Origin: Malacoraja senta
Taxonomy: Eukaryota
Assembly (NCBI GenBank): GCA_038087875.1
Contig: CM075985.1
Coordinates: 16,740,001-16,804,000 of the forward strand
Direction of reading: 5' to 3'
Length of the DNA: 64,000 nt
The translations under genes were made by a program, and so were the position numbers. This document shows, piece after piece, positions 38,235 through 51,849 of this stretch. Under the pieces are notes generated by a model. That model was given only the letters and a program-made list of their open reading frames with translations. It searched no databases and was not told where the DNA came from. Positions within the stretch are counted from its first letter, which is position 1, and every line of letters starts with the position of its first letter.

Positions 38235-40094
38235 GGTGACGATCACCTGCGATGCCTCGAAATTCGGGCTCGGCACAGCCTGCTTGCAACCATCTGCCGA
38301 TGGCACCCTACTACCTGTCTCGTATGCCTCTCGCACCATGACCGACACGGAGCAGCACTACGCGCAAATCGAAAAGGAACTGCTGGCGGTCGTCTTTGCC
38401 TGCTCCAAATTCCACGACTTTGTCTTTGGCAACACCTTCACGGTCGAGACGGACCACCAACCACTGGTGACAATCCTGAACAAGCCCATCCATGCCGCGC
38501 CAGCTCGCTTGCAGCGTATGATGATGCAGCTGCAGCGGTACAATTTCTCTATTACCTACACAAAGGGTAAGGACATGCATGTCGCTGACACTCTCTCTCG
38601 TGCACCTCGGCATCCTGCGAACAACATCCCTATGAACAGGAAAATTTCACGGACCTCGGTGTCGATCTCGTCTCCAGTAGACAACTGCGCACCCTGGCCG
38701 CGCACTCTGCCACTGACAATATGCTTCAAACCCTCTCCTCCATCATCAAAACAGGCTGGCCAGACAAACAATCCAACACGCCCACAGAGGTGCAGCCGTT
38801 CTTCCTGGTCCGTGATGAACTGGTGGTTCAGGATGGTGTTGTCGTCAAGGGTCACAAGGTAGTGATACCTTCATCGCTACGAGACGAATACTTCACAGCG
38901 GCACACAGCGGCCACCCAGGAGCCGACTCCACACTGGCACGCGCTCATGGTCTGTTCTACTGGCCGGGAATGGCCAAATATATCCGGGACCGCATAGCCT
39001 CCTGCCCCACTTGCAACAACCTTGCGCCTCATCAGCAGCGGCAGCCCCTTCAGCAACAACCTCCACCAGCACTGCCCTGGACGTCGCTGGCAGCAGACAT
39101 TTTCGAATGGTGCGGAAAGCACCAGCTAGTTCTGGTTGACTCCTTTTCTAACTGGTTTGAACTGGACCAACTGACCTCCCTCACATCTGAGATGATCATC
39201 CAGAAGCTGAAAAGACACTTCTCAGCCTATGGCATTCCTGTCATCCTGAGAACCAACAACGGTCCACAGTTCACCAGCCACATGTTCAAGCTTTTCGCAG
39301 ACCGATGGAACTTCCAGCACATCACGAGCAGTCCCGAGTATCCACAGAGTAATGGACTCGCTGAACGCGCTGTCAGAAGCGCCAAGCACTTGCTGGAGGG
39401 AGCTCGCATTTCAAAGTCAGACGTCTATCTCGATCTCCTGAATCTCAGAAACATTGCCAGAGACGGAACCTTGGGATCGCCGGCACAGCGACTGATGTCA
39501 AAATTGACGAGGTCTCCGGTCCCCATCGCACAAGAGCAGCTGGTCCCTCGGGTGCTGAAGCCCGCCACTATCCAGAAACGTCTCCAAGAGTAGCATGACA
39601 TCCAGAAACGGTCATACGACAGTTCCAGCAGACCACTCAAGCCTCTACCGCCGGGCCAGGTCGTCCGTCTACGAACTTCAACTGGACATTCTCGTCTGGG
39701 CGTTGTTGTACGCCCGACTGATGAGCCGCGATCGTACCTTGTGGACTGTGAGGGAGCGGTATACCGGAGAAGCCGACAACACCTGCTTGCTGTGAAGGAG
39801 CCCCGACCACCGCCGGCTGATCCCTATGCTCCGCCGCTCGAGTTCCAGCCGCCTTTTGCAATGTCTCCCAACCGTCCCCGCATGCTTTGCACCCCCCCAC
39901 GTCCCTCGGTCTCCACTAACCACGGGGCCTCACCTACCGCATGTTTCCCCTTTCGGTCACCACAAGCCTCCACCGCGCCATTCTCGTCTCCAGGCTCTCC
40001 GTCTCATCTTTCTGGTGAGGGGGGGAAGGGTTTGGTCCGCACGCGCTCGGGCCGTGTCAGTAGACCACCAGACAGATATGGCGAGTATGTTTAA
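38235..40094 (+). pseudogene. Gypsy pol: RNase H and integrase (frameshifts, stops)
   Basis: CDASKFGLG, YAQIEKELLA, ETDHQPL, ADTLSR; IN HSGHPG...CPTC, AADIF, TNNGPQF (D to N), SNGLAERAV; C-terminal RTRSGR. Confidence 0.93.
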
Positions 40095-40128
40095 CTCCAT
40101 GGTATGGGTGCCCTTCCACACTTAATCA

Positions 40129-40141
40129 TTAGGGGGAAGGA
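40129..40141 (+). promoter_or_regulatory. Polypurine tract
   Basis: ttagggggaagga directly before the 3' LTR TG. Confidence 0.85.
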
Positions 40142-40350
40142 TGTAGATTGATGATGCATGTTAACCAATCACACATAAGCCAGCATCACTAACTCCACCC
40201 CACTGTAACACTTATACTAACGCTTGTTTCCGGTACTGCCAGTCTGAGCAGCTAGGATGTACCGACAACCAACCGTCCTTTATGCTGTTAAGTTTCAGTG
40301 CTGATTAAAGATGTATTTGAATCATATACTGTGTCTGGTGTCCATCTACA
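40142..40350 (+). repeat. 3' LTR
   Basis: TG...CA, 209 bp, followed by TSD gacta. Confidence 0.95.
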
Positions 40351-40639
40351 GACTATGTCCCCACTTTTGATATCATAATGGAGGAAAATGCTTAATGAAT
40401 CAATTAAGAATGATTGAGCACGAAGAAGTGAAGAATTCCTGCATTGTTATCTCAGGCTTAAGGTGATTGACCTCAAGGCCAAATATCATCCTTTCTGCCA
40501 AAAACAATATCAGCAAAGAATCATTTCTGATTGCGAATATATTTTACAATAACTCCTTCATGCCATTTGTTTGCTTTGAAGATCAAATAGTATTAGTTCA
40601 TCTCTGGATTTCGACTCTTTAACCATGTTTAGACCAAAG

Positions 40640-40860
40640 CTGTGGATCTGTGGAATTCTTTGCCACAAGTGGAGGTCAAGCCAGTAGATATTTTTAAGGC
40701 AGAGATAGACAGATTCTTGATTAGTAGGGTTGTCAGAGGTTATGGGGAGAAGGCAGGAGAATGGGGTTAGGAGGGAGAGGTAGATCAGCCATGATTGAAT
40801 GTTTTAGTAGACTTGATGAGCTGAATGGCCTAATTTTGTTCCTATCACTTATGACCTTAT
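40640..40860 (+). mobile_element. CR1/HER1 LINE 3' tail
   Basis: atctgtggaattctttgccaca...tttaaggcagagatag...atggcctaatt. Confidence 0.8.
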
Positions 40861-41352
40861 AGCTGTAATACGGTCTGAGCTTTGGTTGAGTATTTGCATC
40901 TTCAGAGCACTATAAGCAAGACCTTTCACCATGTTTCTGCTTAGAGGTGAAAATTGACCAGTATGAATTTGCCCCCTTTTCTTGCAAACGGGTCAAAACT
41001 GGCAGTTTTTCACCACATCAAGTAAATGCATGCATTATAGTTGCACTAGGAAAGCTTGAGCAGAGGTGTGAGTAATTCTGAAACATCAGTGTTTGTTGTG
41101 AGAGAACATAGATTACATGCCATCTTGTGCACTGGGATATTGATCAGTATCAAGTGGGATGAATTGATTTGGCTGAACTCCAGGCTTTTGTGAAAGTGGG
41201 AACTTCAAAAGGTGACCAACATGGATGATACTCTTAGCACATCTGACTGAAAGTGGCAGCAAAGTCCTCATACTTGAATTTAACATTTGAATCTTGGACT
41301 CCACCATTGTTGACATTGTAAATGGTCAGAAAGGTTTCTCCTTCTCTTACTG

Positions 41353-41671
41353 TTTTGGTTTAGTTTAGAGATACAACGTGGAAACAGGCCATTCGGCCCA
41401 CCAAGTCCACATCAACCAACGATCCCCGCACATTAACACCACCCTACACACACTAGGGACAAGTTTACATTTACACTTATACCAAGCCAATTTACCTACA
41501 AACCTGTCCGTCTTTAGAGTGTGGGAGGAAAACGAAGATCTCGGAGAAAACCTACACAGGTCACGGGGAGAACATACAAACTCTGTACAGACAAGCACCC
41601 ATAGTCAGGATCAAACCCGGGTCTCTGGCGCTATAAGACAGTAACTCTACCACCATGCCACCGTGCCACCC
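41353..41671 (-). mobile_element. HE1-type SINE
   Basis: Full head, core and tail in reverse orientation. Confidence 0.85.
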
Positions 41672-42001
41672 TAACTGGTTGTTTAATTCAGAACTGGATG
41701 CACTGGATTGCATTTCTATGTGAAATTACATTAGATAGGTTACGGGGTGTTAAATTAATAGAAGTTATAAAATAATGGGAATTTAACTTATTAAGGAGAT
41801 GGGCAAGTATTTTTCGACATAAAGTGGCGGGTGCCAGGGGTGGTGGTGGAGACAGATACAATATTGGTGTTTAAGAGGCTTTTAGATAGGCACAAATGAT
41901 ACGCAGGGAATAGAGGGATACGGATCATGTACAGGTAGAGGAGGTTAGTTTAACTTGGCATCATGTTCGGTGCGGACATTGTCAACCAAAGGGCCTGTTT
42001 T

Positions 42002-42848
42002 GGACATCCGGTGGCGCTGTTGCTAGCTGCCTCCGCCTTCAGTCCGGTATCTTTTAGTTCTTTTTGTTATGTTTGAAGAACGTTTTTTTGTGGGTTTTTT
42101 GTCTTTATGTGGGGGGAAGAGGGTACGGTAAGGGGGATACCGTCCTTCAGTCGCTTCCTGGAGAGGACGCAACTATTTTTCGAGTCACGTCCTCGCCCCC
42201 CCCCCCCCCCGCGGCCTACCTACTGGATTGGCGCGGCCTTTCCTGCCGGGACCGACCAGAGCTCCAGCAGCAGCGGCGCAGCGTTGGATACATCGCAGGG
42301 CGGGCGATGCCTTACCGGGGATCGCCGTTTGGAGCTCCGGAGTGCTGGGCCTGCTGCACCGACATCGCGGAGCTGTGGTTCGCGGAGCTCCCAACGCGGG
42401 CGGCGCTGACCAACATCGCGGAGTCCTGCAACTCCGCCCGGCTCGGCCTGCGGAATTCGGGAGCCGTGGACTCCAGTGGGAGGTGGCTGATTTGGAGGTC
42501 CGGGCCGCTGAGGATGTTCTCCGTCGGGGTTCGGCGTCGGGGTTCCATCGTTCCCAGCGAGAGGGCCTGAGCATCAGGCCGCCCGTTGGGGCGACTGCGG
42601 GTGCTCGGGAGGCCCCGACCACGGGTGAACATCTGGGAAGATCGGCGGGGAGGCTGGCTGGACTATGGTACCTTCCTTAACTTTGGTGCCGCTGTGGGGT
42701 TATGTTGTGTCGTGGACTTCTGTGTTTGTGCTTTTTAATTTTTTTATTATTTATTTATTTATTATTTATTTTTATGATACATGACTGTAAGGAAAATCCA
42801 TTTCGTTGTCTCTTATGAGATAATGACAATAAATTGAATACAATACAA
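42002..42848 (+). mobile_element. GC-rich non-coding retroposon-like element (copy B) inserted in a CR1 tail
   Basis: 5' ggacatccggtggcgctg, T-rich spacer, CpG-rich body, tail atttcgttgtc...tgacaataaa-(tacaa)n; host gggcctgtt resumes as cctgcactgtacagttctatgttc. Confidence 0.72.
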
Positions 42849-43713
42849 GTTCCTGCACTGTACAGTTCTATGTTCTATTTTCAATGGATTTATACTGCAC
42901 ACAATAAACTATTTACTATACATTAACTTTTTAATGTCTTGATCATGTTGCTAACTTTATCTTCCACTGGTTGTTTCCACACACCAACTTAATGCACCGT
43001 AATGTTAGTTCCCAGCATTAAAAACAACCAACACCATCACCATGGTTCTTCAAAAAAGTAGACATGATGACTGGGATTCCAAGACTCCAAAATAAATTTA
43101 ACCTCTCATCCAGATTACAGTTTAGCAACTAATGCATTATCCTCCATGCAGCATCAGCCATACTTTCTTCTGGCTGTGTCTCCAGCATGTTTAATATTCC
43201 ATCAGCATCTATTATCCATTGATATTAATTGTACAACATTTCAGAGAAGGACTCATTTACTTGCATCCTCAGTGAGCTGCAAATCCCCACAGCAATTTCT
43301 TGGTCTGAAGCCAGTCCATCAAATCAAAGTTTAAATTGGCTGCCAGGCATATTCTTTGTAGAAAGAGAATGGGGAAATATAAAGACTGTAGACCAGATGT
43401 TGAAAATTGCAATGGCCCGTGACCACACTTAAACAGGAGCTCGCAGACACACCATGAGTCTTTACAGCTTCCAGGACACCCAACAAGCCTCTCGTCCGCA
43501 GAGTTTAAGTTCACCGCCGAGTTCACATTACAGACATTTAAAAGAAGGTAAGGTGAAAGGAATAGCAATAATCTGAAGTAAGACAGCCAATCCCAGGCCC
43601 TAACGCCTGGACTTCGAGACGTATGAGGAGTCTCTAAAAATCCCTGGAACACATTAGCTGACCTGATATAACATCTACCTATGTTGAGAGCAATGGACAC
43701 AAATAACAGGTGA

Positions 43714-43890
43714 AGACACAAAGTACTGGAGTAACTCAGGTAAACATGGATAGGTGATGCTTTGGGTCGGGACCCTTCTTCAGACTCTGAAGATGGGTCC
43801 CAACCCAAAATGTCACCTATCCATGTTCTCCAAAGATGCTACCTGACCTACTGAGTTACTCCAACTTCTCTTATAAACCAGTAACTGCAG
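43714..43890. mobile_element. Palindromic (head-to-head) PLE mini-element
   Basis: ...gggacccttcttcagact|ctgaagatgggtccc... inverted arms. Confidence 0.8.
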
Positions 43891-45769
43891 TTCCTTGATT
43901 CTACTCGTGAGCAGGGACGGCCAAGTCAAAGGAAAACATAAGAATTAGTTCCTAACAATTGAAGAACCTCTGTAATAGAACATTACATACCACCTCTTGC
44001 ACTACCATGAACGATTACTTTCCAATTGTAGCTTGCACTGATGACTTGTTTCATTCTTTCTTGCAGGATTTTACGTGTAATTTTCATATATATTTTATGG
44101 TTTTGTATATTTGAGTTTATGTGCCAGTGATGTTATTGCAAGCAAGTATTTTCATTATACCTGTACATCACTATACTTGTGCATATGACAATAAACTCGA
44201 CTTGCCTTGACGAACATCAGAACAGAATTATAACAATAAATCAATTGCTTTTGGTTGTCCACACGTAGCTGGTTGATTGATTTTGAAAAGGATCCTGCAT
44301 TTAATAACCAATTTTGGATCAATCTTTGCAAAAGTTGTACCAAACAGTCTGTTATTATTTTGTTTTAAATAGGTCACTCCAGCATGGATGGATGACAGAA
44401 ATCTGGTCATAGCTCAGAAGGTTTAAACAGTTCTCAAGACAAAAAGATACAAAGAGCCACACACTTGTTTTCAACCACTATTCATTCTGCTCATCAATTC
44501 TGAATCCCAACCACCCTCCCAGCAAAACAGAGGCTGCATCACACCCAAAGGGCCACTGGGGAAAAGGGAGACTTTAGCCTTACCTCAAAATCTTCTTTCC
44601 AAACGTGTGTTTGCTGAGAATCCTCTGCTGCTTCTGCCAGTCTCTGTAAGCAGATGAAGAAGGCATTTTGTTAACTTGGTTGTTGCAGAACATACTTCAG
44701 TCTTCCCCCACAGGCAACTCTGTGGTACTATAATGTCACCCCCAAAAAACTGTGGCTGGTTGTATTTACAGTTTTTGTTACAATGGTCACAAATGACATG
44801 TCAAATAAAACCTTTTATAATAAATTGCATCGCCAATGCAACTTTTAAAGGGTTTTCTTCTCGCAATTTCAGTTGCTATGTTGATTTTGCAGAAAGCAGT
44901 AAATGTAAATATGACTATAGTTTATATGGAGCCTTCAGGCCAGGGAATATTATTGTAACAAAGTGAAGAAGAGACATGAAATAAAAACAGATCACACGGA
45001 TGCTGCCTGACCCATTTAATGTTTTCAGCATTTTCTTGTTTTCATTTCAGATTTCCACCACCCCCCGTATTTTGCCTTTGAAGCAAAGATGTGTGGAAGG
45101 CAGTCAAAAGAGTGGTGGTGAAGAATTACTATCACACAGGTAGGGAAGTTGCAGCAATATCTAAACAATTTAGATCTGTGAAAATGTCTGCTTCCATTAA
45201 AAGGAATGTATACAGGTCTTACTAAATTAGTAAGAAGCAAACATCCTTCAACACCTCCACTTAATAAGGATTGATAATATTATCATAACTTTAAATCAAT
45301 ACTGGTGTCACTTTTATCATCAGTTCAGCAGCTCAGCATTAAATTCAGCAAATGTCTTTCATGGAAGGCAAGGAGTCAGTTATCGAGTAAGATTAGAAAT
45401 AAAATAATACAAGAGAGAAAGGCTTTCATTTTTATGTACCACGCATTTTTGAGGGAGGAAAAAGTAATATTTAAATGCTCTAGCTATTGATATGCCCCAA
45501 TAAAAGCTTTTCACTGTACCTCGGTACATGTGGCAGTAATATACTAAATAAAAAACAAAATAACTAAATATTAAAAAGTATGCAACATTTTTTTGAATTT
45601 GGAGATCATTTGCCTCTGCAACCATCTTCATTGTCAGTAGATATAGGGGCTGTTTTCCAGACAACTTACAAATGTTCTCCCTCTCCAAGCCCGCATTGTT
45701 AACGACATTACATTTCACCTCGTTCTTCTGCAAATGCTATACAGAATGCATTTACAAAAGCAAACTGTC

Positions 45770-46375
45770 ATAAAGTCATAGTCATACAATGTGGAAACAA
45801 CCCCTTCATCCCATCCTGCCTATGCCAACAAAGATGCCCTATCTACACTAGTCTCACCTACCTACTTTTCGCCCATATCCCTCTTAGCCGTTCCTACCTG
45901 TGTACTCTCTCAATGTCTTCTAAATGTTGTGATAGTACCTGCCTCAACTACCTCCTCTGACAATTCATTCCATGTACCTACCACCCTCTGTGTGAAAAAG
46001 TTCCCCGCCCCCCACCCAGGTTCCAATGAAATCTTTCCCTTCTCACCATAAACCCATATCCTCTGGCTTTTGTGTAGGAAAGAACTCCAGATGCTGGTTT
46101 AAATCTAAGGTAGACACAAAACATTGGAGTAACTCAGCGGGATAGGCAGCATCTGTGGAGAGAAGGAATGGGTGACGTTTTGGGACGAGTCCCTTCTTCA
46201 GACTCCTGTGGTTCTTGATTCCCTTAGCCTGGGTAAAAGAGTCTGTGCATTTACCTAATCTATCCACTGCATGCTTATACACCTCTTAGATCACCCCTCA
46301 GCATCCTGTGCTCCAAGGAATAAAGACCAAGCCTGCTGAACCTCTCCATACAGCTCAGTGCCTTGAGTCCTGGCC
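45770..46375 (-). mobile_element. CR1/HER1 3' fragment interrupted by a PLE mini-element (~46072-46204)
   Basis: cctcaactacctcc...accaccctctgtgtgaaaaag; insert flanked by diverged repeat tcctctggcttt/tcctgtggttct. Confidence 0.75.
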
Positions 46376-47945
46376 ACATCCTCGTACATTGGTTGTTGGT
46401 GCTTTTAGCAACCATTTAATCTTGTTTCCAGCAAGAACCTTCTTTCCTCAGTGCTCACAGTCTCAGGAAGACTTCAATATGTGCAGCCATCCTTCAGTCA
46501 ACATAAGTTAAGCCACGGGATCAGGGCTTACATTTAATCTGGCAACAAGAATTTGAGAAACATCTGACATTTTGTTGGCTTGAAAACAAAAGTTGTTCCT
46601 AGCAACAAAAACTGTGTTCAGTAATTTGTCCAAAGATCGCAGAACCAATAGAGTTTGTTTGTTGGGCAAGAACACAATTTGAGACAACAGGGAATAAACA
46701 GCTGGCAAGATTAAGACATTTGTTTTTCAAACTCTGATTTTGGGTCAAAGTAACCAGTCAAAATCGACAGTACTTGAAAACAAAATGTGAAGGATGCATT
46801 CAAATCAGCTAAACAATTTCTGCAAGAATTTAATGTCAAAAACCTACATAGTGTTCACAAAGTATAATGGTTAAAGTATTCAAGGTACAAACTAATGATG
46901 TGAATCATTACCTCCTCAATGGGGAAGCTAACTCAGCCTGTGTTTGGTAATCCAGGCAACTGTAGAAACACACATCACTGCTGCCCAGAGAATGGAGAGA
47001 AAATAAGCTGCTTCCTGCACCACAGGGTAACCAGGCAAGTGCGTCACACAGGATCAGCACTTGACATTTTTGTGCTGTATTGTACTTAAATCTAATTTTG
47101 GAAGTCATCTTTCGGGGAGTAATTATCATGTCCAGCTCCAAAATAAGATGGCTTGATTAAAGTTAGCCCACACAAAGTAATTTCAATAAAGATGTAAATG
47201 ATCCTATTAGCATACTCATTGGACAAAACAATTTTGCTCTAATCCTCCTAGCTGGCATTTCCGATCATGTTGTTCTCATCATTTTTGATCGCTATTGTTA
47301 TTACAATTCTTGCACAATATATCAGCAGATGCCCAAGGGGGATATTGAGCTCTGTCAGATCGCTGTTGCTGCTGTGCGTCTCCGCAACACTGTTCAAACC
47401 CCGTCTATGCCAAGGAGGTGAAAAACGTTGTTCTCTGCCAGTCATAATTGGCTCTTATTAATAGAAATTCCACTTTACCAGACTATTCCCGGCATGAAAA
47501 TGGGCCGTAGTCAGACGTTAATTGGCTGTCAGTCAGAAAGCACCAAGAAATGGGGGAATGGGGGTCATGTAAATAAATATATTGGTGCCATAAATAAAGC
47601 TGCTGTTCAGATCTTTTGTCGGGATGCAGTTCAGTCGCTGAATTGAAATAAGGGTCATGTTTCCAAACCCGGAACCTCACATTAATTTGGGACAAAATGC
47701 ACAGCATGAGAATAACCGTTCAATGCTATTCCACAACCAACGCCAGATGCTCAGTGTTTCCAGAGATGAAAATTATCTTCCATGAATCTTATATTCCTCC
47801 TCTCTTTGGAGGAATATAACTCCATGGTTGAATCAAAGATCGCGGGATGACTAGTGTGAAGGTCAGATCTGTATGGAAGTCTGCAGAACCACACAAGCTA
47901 CTTGGTACTGAAAGAGTTTGGTTAGACTGCAAGAATTAATCTGGT

Positions 47946-48051
47946 AGACGCAAAAACCTGGAGTAACTCGATGCTGCCTGACCCGCTGAGTTACTCCAGC
48001 TTTTTGTGTCTCTCTTCTGTGTAAAACATGCATCTGCAGTTCCCTTCCTAC
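47946..48051. mobile_element. PLE mini-element with short 5' inversion and 14-bp TSD
   Basis: TSD agaattaatctggt at 47932-47945 and 48052-48065. Confidence 0.85.
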
Positions 48052-48444
48052 AGAATTAATCTGGTCTCTGAATTACAAACAACCCTAATATGCTCACAGT
48101 TCATTAAAAATTTAATACGACCAGTGTTGCTGGAAAATGAACATAAAACATGCCAGGAGAAGCTTTGTTTTGAAACCAATGAATCACAGAGTGTTGAGAA
48201 GTGCAACTCAAACTCAAAATAAAAACATTGAGATTCAGAGGTAGGAGACATACAAAATGGGAGCTGTTTTGCCCCTCCAGCCTGCTCAACAATTTAATAA
48301 AACCATGGATCATCTGATGTTGACCTCAGCTGCGCTTTCTTGCCTGCAAGCCACAACCCCCCAAAGGACCCAAAATCTCTCCTCAGCCTGGACTATTTTC
48401 AGTAATTTAGCCTCCACAAATATTTGCATATAACTCTTTGAGAC

Positions 48445-48590
48445 TCTTTCTTGATTAGTACCGGTGTCAGAAGTTAAGGGGAGAAGGCAGGAGAACGGGG
48501 TTAGGAGGGAGAGATAGATAAACCATGATTGAATGGCGAAGTAGACTTGATGGGTTGAATGGCCTAATTCTTCTCCCATCACTTATGACT
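48445..48590 (+). mobile_element. CR1/HER1 LINE 3' tail
   Basis: ttcttgattagtac...ggagaaggcaggaga...atggcctaattc. Confidence 0.78.
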
Positions 48591-49224
48591 TTCATATTAA
48601 ATGGAGAAGCAATACCCACTAATTCTAGATTCTCACAGAAGAGGAAACATTCTCTAGACATAGACCCTGTCTAGCCCCCTTTACATTCAGAAGTGCTTTC
48701 ATATATTGTGCTATCCTTTACTGCATTCCTTTGAGTATGGCCCAATCTGCTCAGCCATTCTTTTTCAAATAACCCTTTCATCAAGGGATCAATTTGTGAA
48801 CCATTTCTGAACTGCCTTGGATGAATATATTTCTGAAAAAAATTGTATGCAGTACACTAGTTTCTAGACTCGCCTGTACAGTTAGAGTAAGATTTTTGTA
48901 CTATTCTACTCCATCTCTCAAAAGTGCCCAAACTTCCATTTGCTTTATCTGTATCATGTATTGTACCTGCACACTGAATTGATTTTCATGCACAAGGACA
49001 CACCATTCTCTCTATACTGCATCATTCTTGTTGTCGCCATTTAAATAAAATGTGAAGAATAGATGAACAGAACAAAATGGATAACCTCGCATTTTTCCCA
49101 ATAATCATCCACACTGACTTAACCCATCTATACCGTACAGATTTTGTGGCCACAGAACAACTTGCTTTCTACCTACCTTTGTTTGATTCAGCAAATAGTC
49201 TACGCGAAAGCTTTAATAAATTTC

Positions 49225-49450
49225 ACAAAGTGTGGAGAAACTCAACAGGTCTGGCAGCATCTCTGGAGAACATAGACAGGCGATGTTTCAGGTCGGGACC
49301 ATTCTTCTTGAGCCTGAAGAAGATTCCGACCTGAAACATCGCCTGTCCATGTTCTCCAGAGATGCTGCCTGACCCATTGAGTTACTCCAGCACTGTGTCA
49401 CTCCAGCACTGTGTCTGTTTGTTTGTAAATGAGCATCTGCAATTCCTTGC
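49225..49450. mobile_element. Palindromic PLE mini-element
   Basis: ggcagcatctctggagaacatagacaggcgatgtttcaggtcgg mirrored by ccgacctgaaacatcgcctgtccatgttctccagagatgctgcc. Confidence 0.82.
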
Positions 49451-50599
49451 TTCATGATTCGACCAAAAGAAAATGGCATTAATGGCAAAAATCTAATCTT
49501 AAGTAAACACAATCCCATTTTACTTTGGATGAACAAATGCAATTTAGAATTCAGTACAATTGTTCTCCATGGAATATTTCCTTGGACAACAACTCCGGAA
49601 GGGAACTAAGGAACCAAATGCACAGCCCAAAGCCAGAGGCTCTGGTGACTATAGGTATCTACAGCAGAAGAGCAGAGGGCTGGAGGAAATCTATTCTTAG
49701 TTTGTTTGTGTTTGAGCTAGAGAATCAACAAGAGATCATGCTGGAGAGAAAACATAAATGTAGATATTGAACAATTTTAAAATCGCTCACACCCCATTCA
49801 ATAAGTGCAAGCCAACAAGATGAGTGATGTTAAATAACGGAACATTGAGTTAGGCTGCCCTTGGCAACACTGGTTTGTATCACTTGCCTCAAGAGTTGAT
49901 CACATGACATTTACAACATTAAAGAGCATTACTTTCCAATTAAGTTTAAATTAAACATTTCCATTTCCCGTTATTGATTGTCTCAAATATCATCAAGGGC
50001 TGATTGAAATATTTCAGGTTTCTTCTTGTGTATCATTAAAAGGTTTCAATGAAACGCATAACTGAGAAGTCACAAGATTGAATTCATTCATTGACTGAGT
50101 GTTTGTAAATGACCAGGGTGCCCACAGTCTTGCCAACACTCTTGCATTGCATAGAATGTCCTTTGCTTGAAAGAAAGATTAACCCTTCTGTATGACAATG
50201 TGTTACATGAGAATTGGAAAATATATTCAATCCTGGACATGGCCGTGGTGTGGGGTGAATGCAAGGAAGACTTCCCTGGGACTGCCACACCTTCTTAAAA
50301 GATGTAACTGGTGACATCGATACCCAAGTTGTTTTGGTAGCTGTGGCTGAAGACTTCAGGCAAGCATTCAGTCCCCCACTAATATCTGTCCAGTGCCAAC
50401 AGCCCAGCCAAGGTCAGGCAGGAGTGCCAGGGCAGGTTGGAACTGGGCACTAGGGACCAGCCTGAACATGGACAGGTCTCCTATTAGCACAACCTGCAAT
50501 TTCTGATAGTTCTTTAATTAATTAATTATAATTTTCATTTCCCTCTTTCACTTAGTTCAAATAATTTTACCTTCTTCTTAAACAAGCATGGCTTCCAGA

Positions 50600-51650
50600 T
50601 TTGTAGGTTGAGGCGATTGATGAGGCCAATGTGGGAACCACAAAGGAGACAGATGGTACTGACAGGAGATCAGGTCATTTGTTCGGAGGCTAGTGGAAGC
50701 CTTCCGTGTGCTCCTGATGCATGGACTCAAGGTTCTCAATACCATTCAGAACACTCCGCCATTTTGAGTAGCCATTTGTCAGAGATTCCCAGGAGTCGGT
50801 ACAGATATTCCATTTCTTTCCAAATACTGTGTGCACATCTTGAATCTTTCCTTCAGCCTGCCTTGCTTATCTCTTCTCATAACAGAGTTTAGAATAAAGT
50901 GCCTGCTTTGGGATTCTGGCATGGAACAGGCACATGGGAATGGAATAAGTGAGTGCCACGGAGGCCTCAATGCTAAGAATACTATCCAGGGACAGGCATG
51001 ACGTGTTTGCCATAATTCCAATGAACTTGGAAGATATTGCAGAGACAGTATTTGGTGGCATTTTTCCAATGACTTGAAGTACCTACTGTACATCTAGGAT
51101 AGAGAAGCATGCAAGGGGGCACGAAACACATGTTTTGTGTCAGATTTCAAACACCCTCTCCCACGTTTGACTAAATGCTATGTTAGCACATTAAGGGGTT
51201 GGTGAATTTCATCATCAATGTCCACCTTCGCTGTGAAGTGGCCCATGAGATATCAAAAGTAGAGCGCAGTCTCCAGGGCTTCACTGTGAACTTCTGTTCT
51301 ACAGTGGATCAGTTGGCAAAGCCCCTTTGTCCTGCAGTGTTGAATGTTAGACCCTTCCTGTCATGTGCTTCAGTGAACACGTTGAAGATGGCTTGGAGCT
51401 CAGCTTCCTATTATCTACAAACAAAGGTGTCACCCAATACTGCATTTGGGTGTCCTTGGCTGTGGAATGTAGTGGATTGAAGCGACTAGGAAATTTGTTG
51501 GAATGAGATACAAAACCGCAGCAAGGAAAATTAAGAGATTTTCTCTGGATGTTGTCAGGTGGGGAAGATCGTGTCCACTGTCCGCAACATCCACGGTTAC
51601 GGGAGATAGTTTATCCCACTGCTGCTCACAGGATCTACTGTTATACAATG
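50600..51650 (-). mobile_element. Ancient RTE-clade LINE fragment (RT C-terminal half)
   Basis: Degenerate EAELQAIFNVFTEA...GLTFN and RIPKQALYSKL...KR motifs typical of RTE ORF2. Confidence 0.65.
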
Positions 51651-51849
51651 AGGCCTGCTGTAACCCTGTCTGGAACTAGCTCCACCCAGAAACCCCTCAC
51701 ACTCACCCCTCCCTCACCACCCCTCAGAGTTTGAAGAAGGGTTTCAACCTATTCACTTTCTCCGGAGATGCTGCCTGACCCGCTGAGTTACTCCAGCTTT
51801 TTTTGTCTAACCCCTCACACAATCTGTTCCTCATCGCTGGAATAAATGT

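Larger units (their letters stand above)
36605..40350 (+). mobile_element. Ty3/Gypsy LTR retrotransposon, internally rearranged
   Basis: 209-bp LTRs, 5-bp TSD gacta (36600-36604, 40351-40355), PBS, PPT, gag/PR/RT/RNase H/IN remnants. Confidence 0.95.

Noticed and set aside
40946-41014. Imperfect hairpin ggtgaaaattgaccagt...actggcagtttttcacc
   Set aside because: Short and imperfect; possibly an ancient MITE remnant but not supportable
42064-42680. Overlapping 100-168 aa ORFs in several frames (also 61426-62101)
   Set aside because: By-product of high GC content; not conserved between related copies
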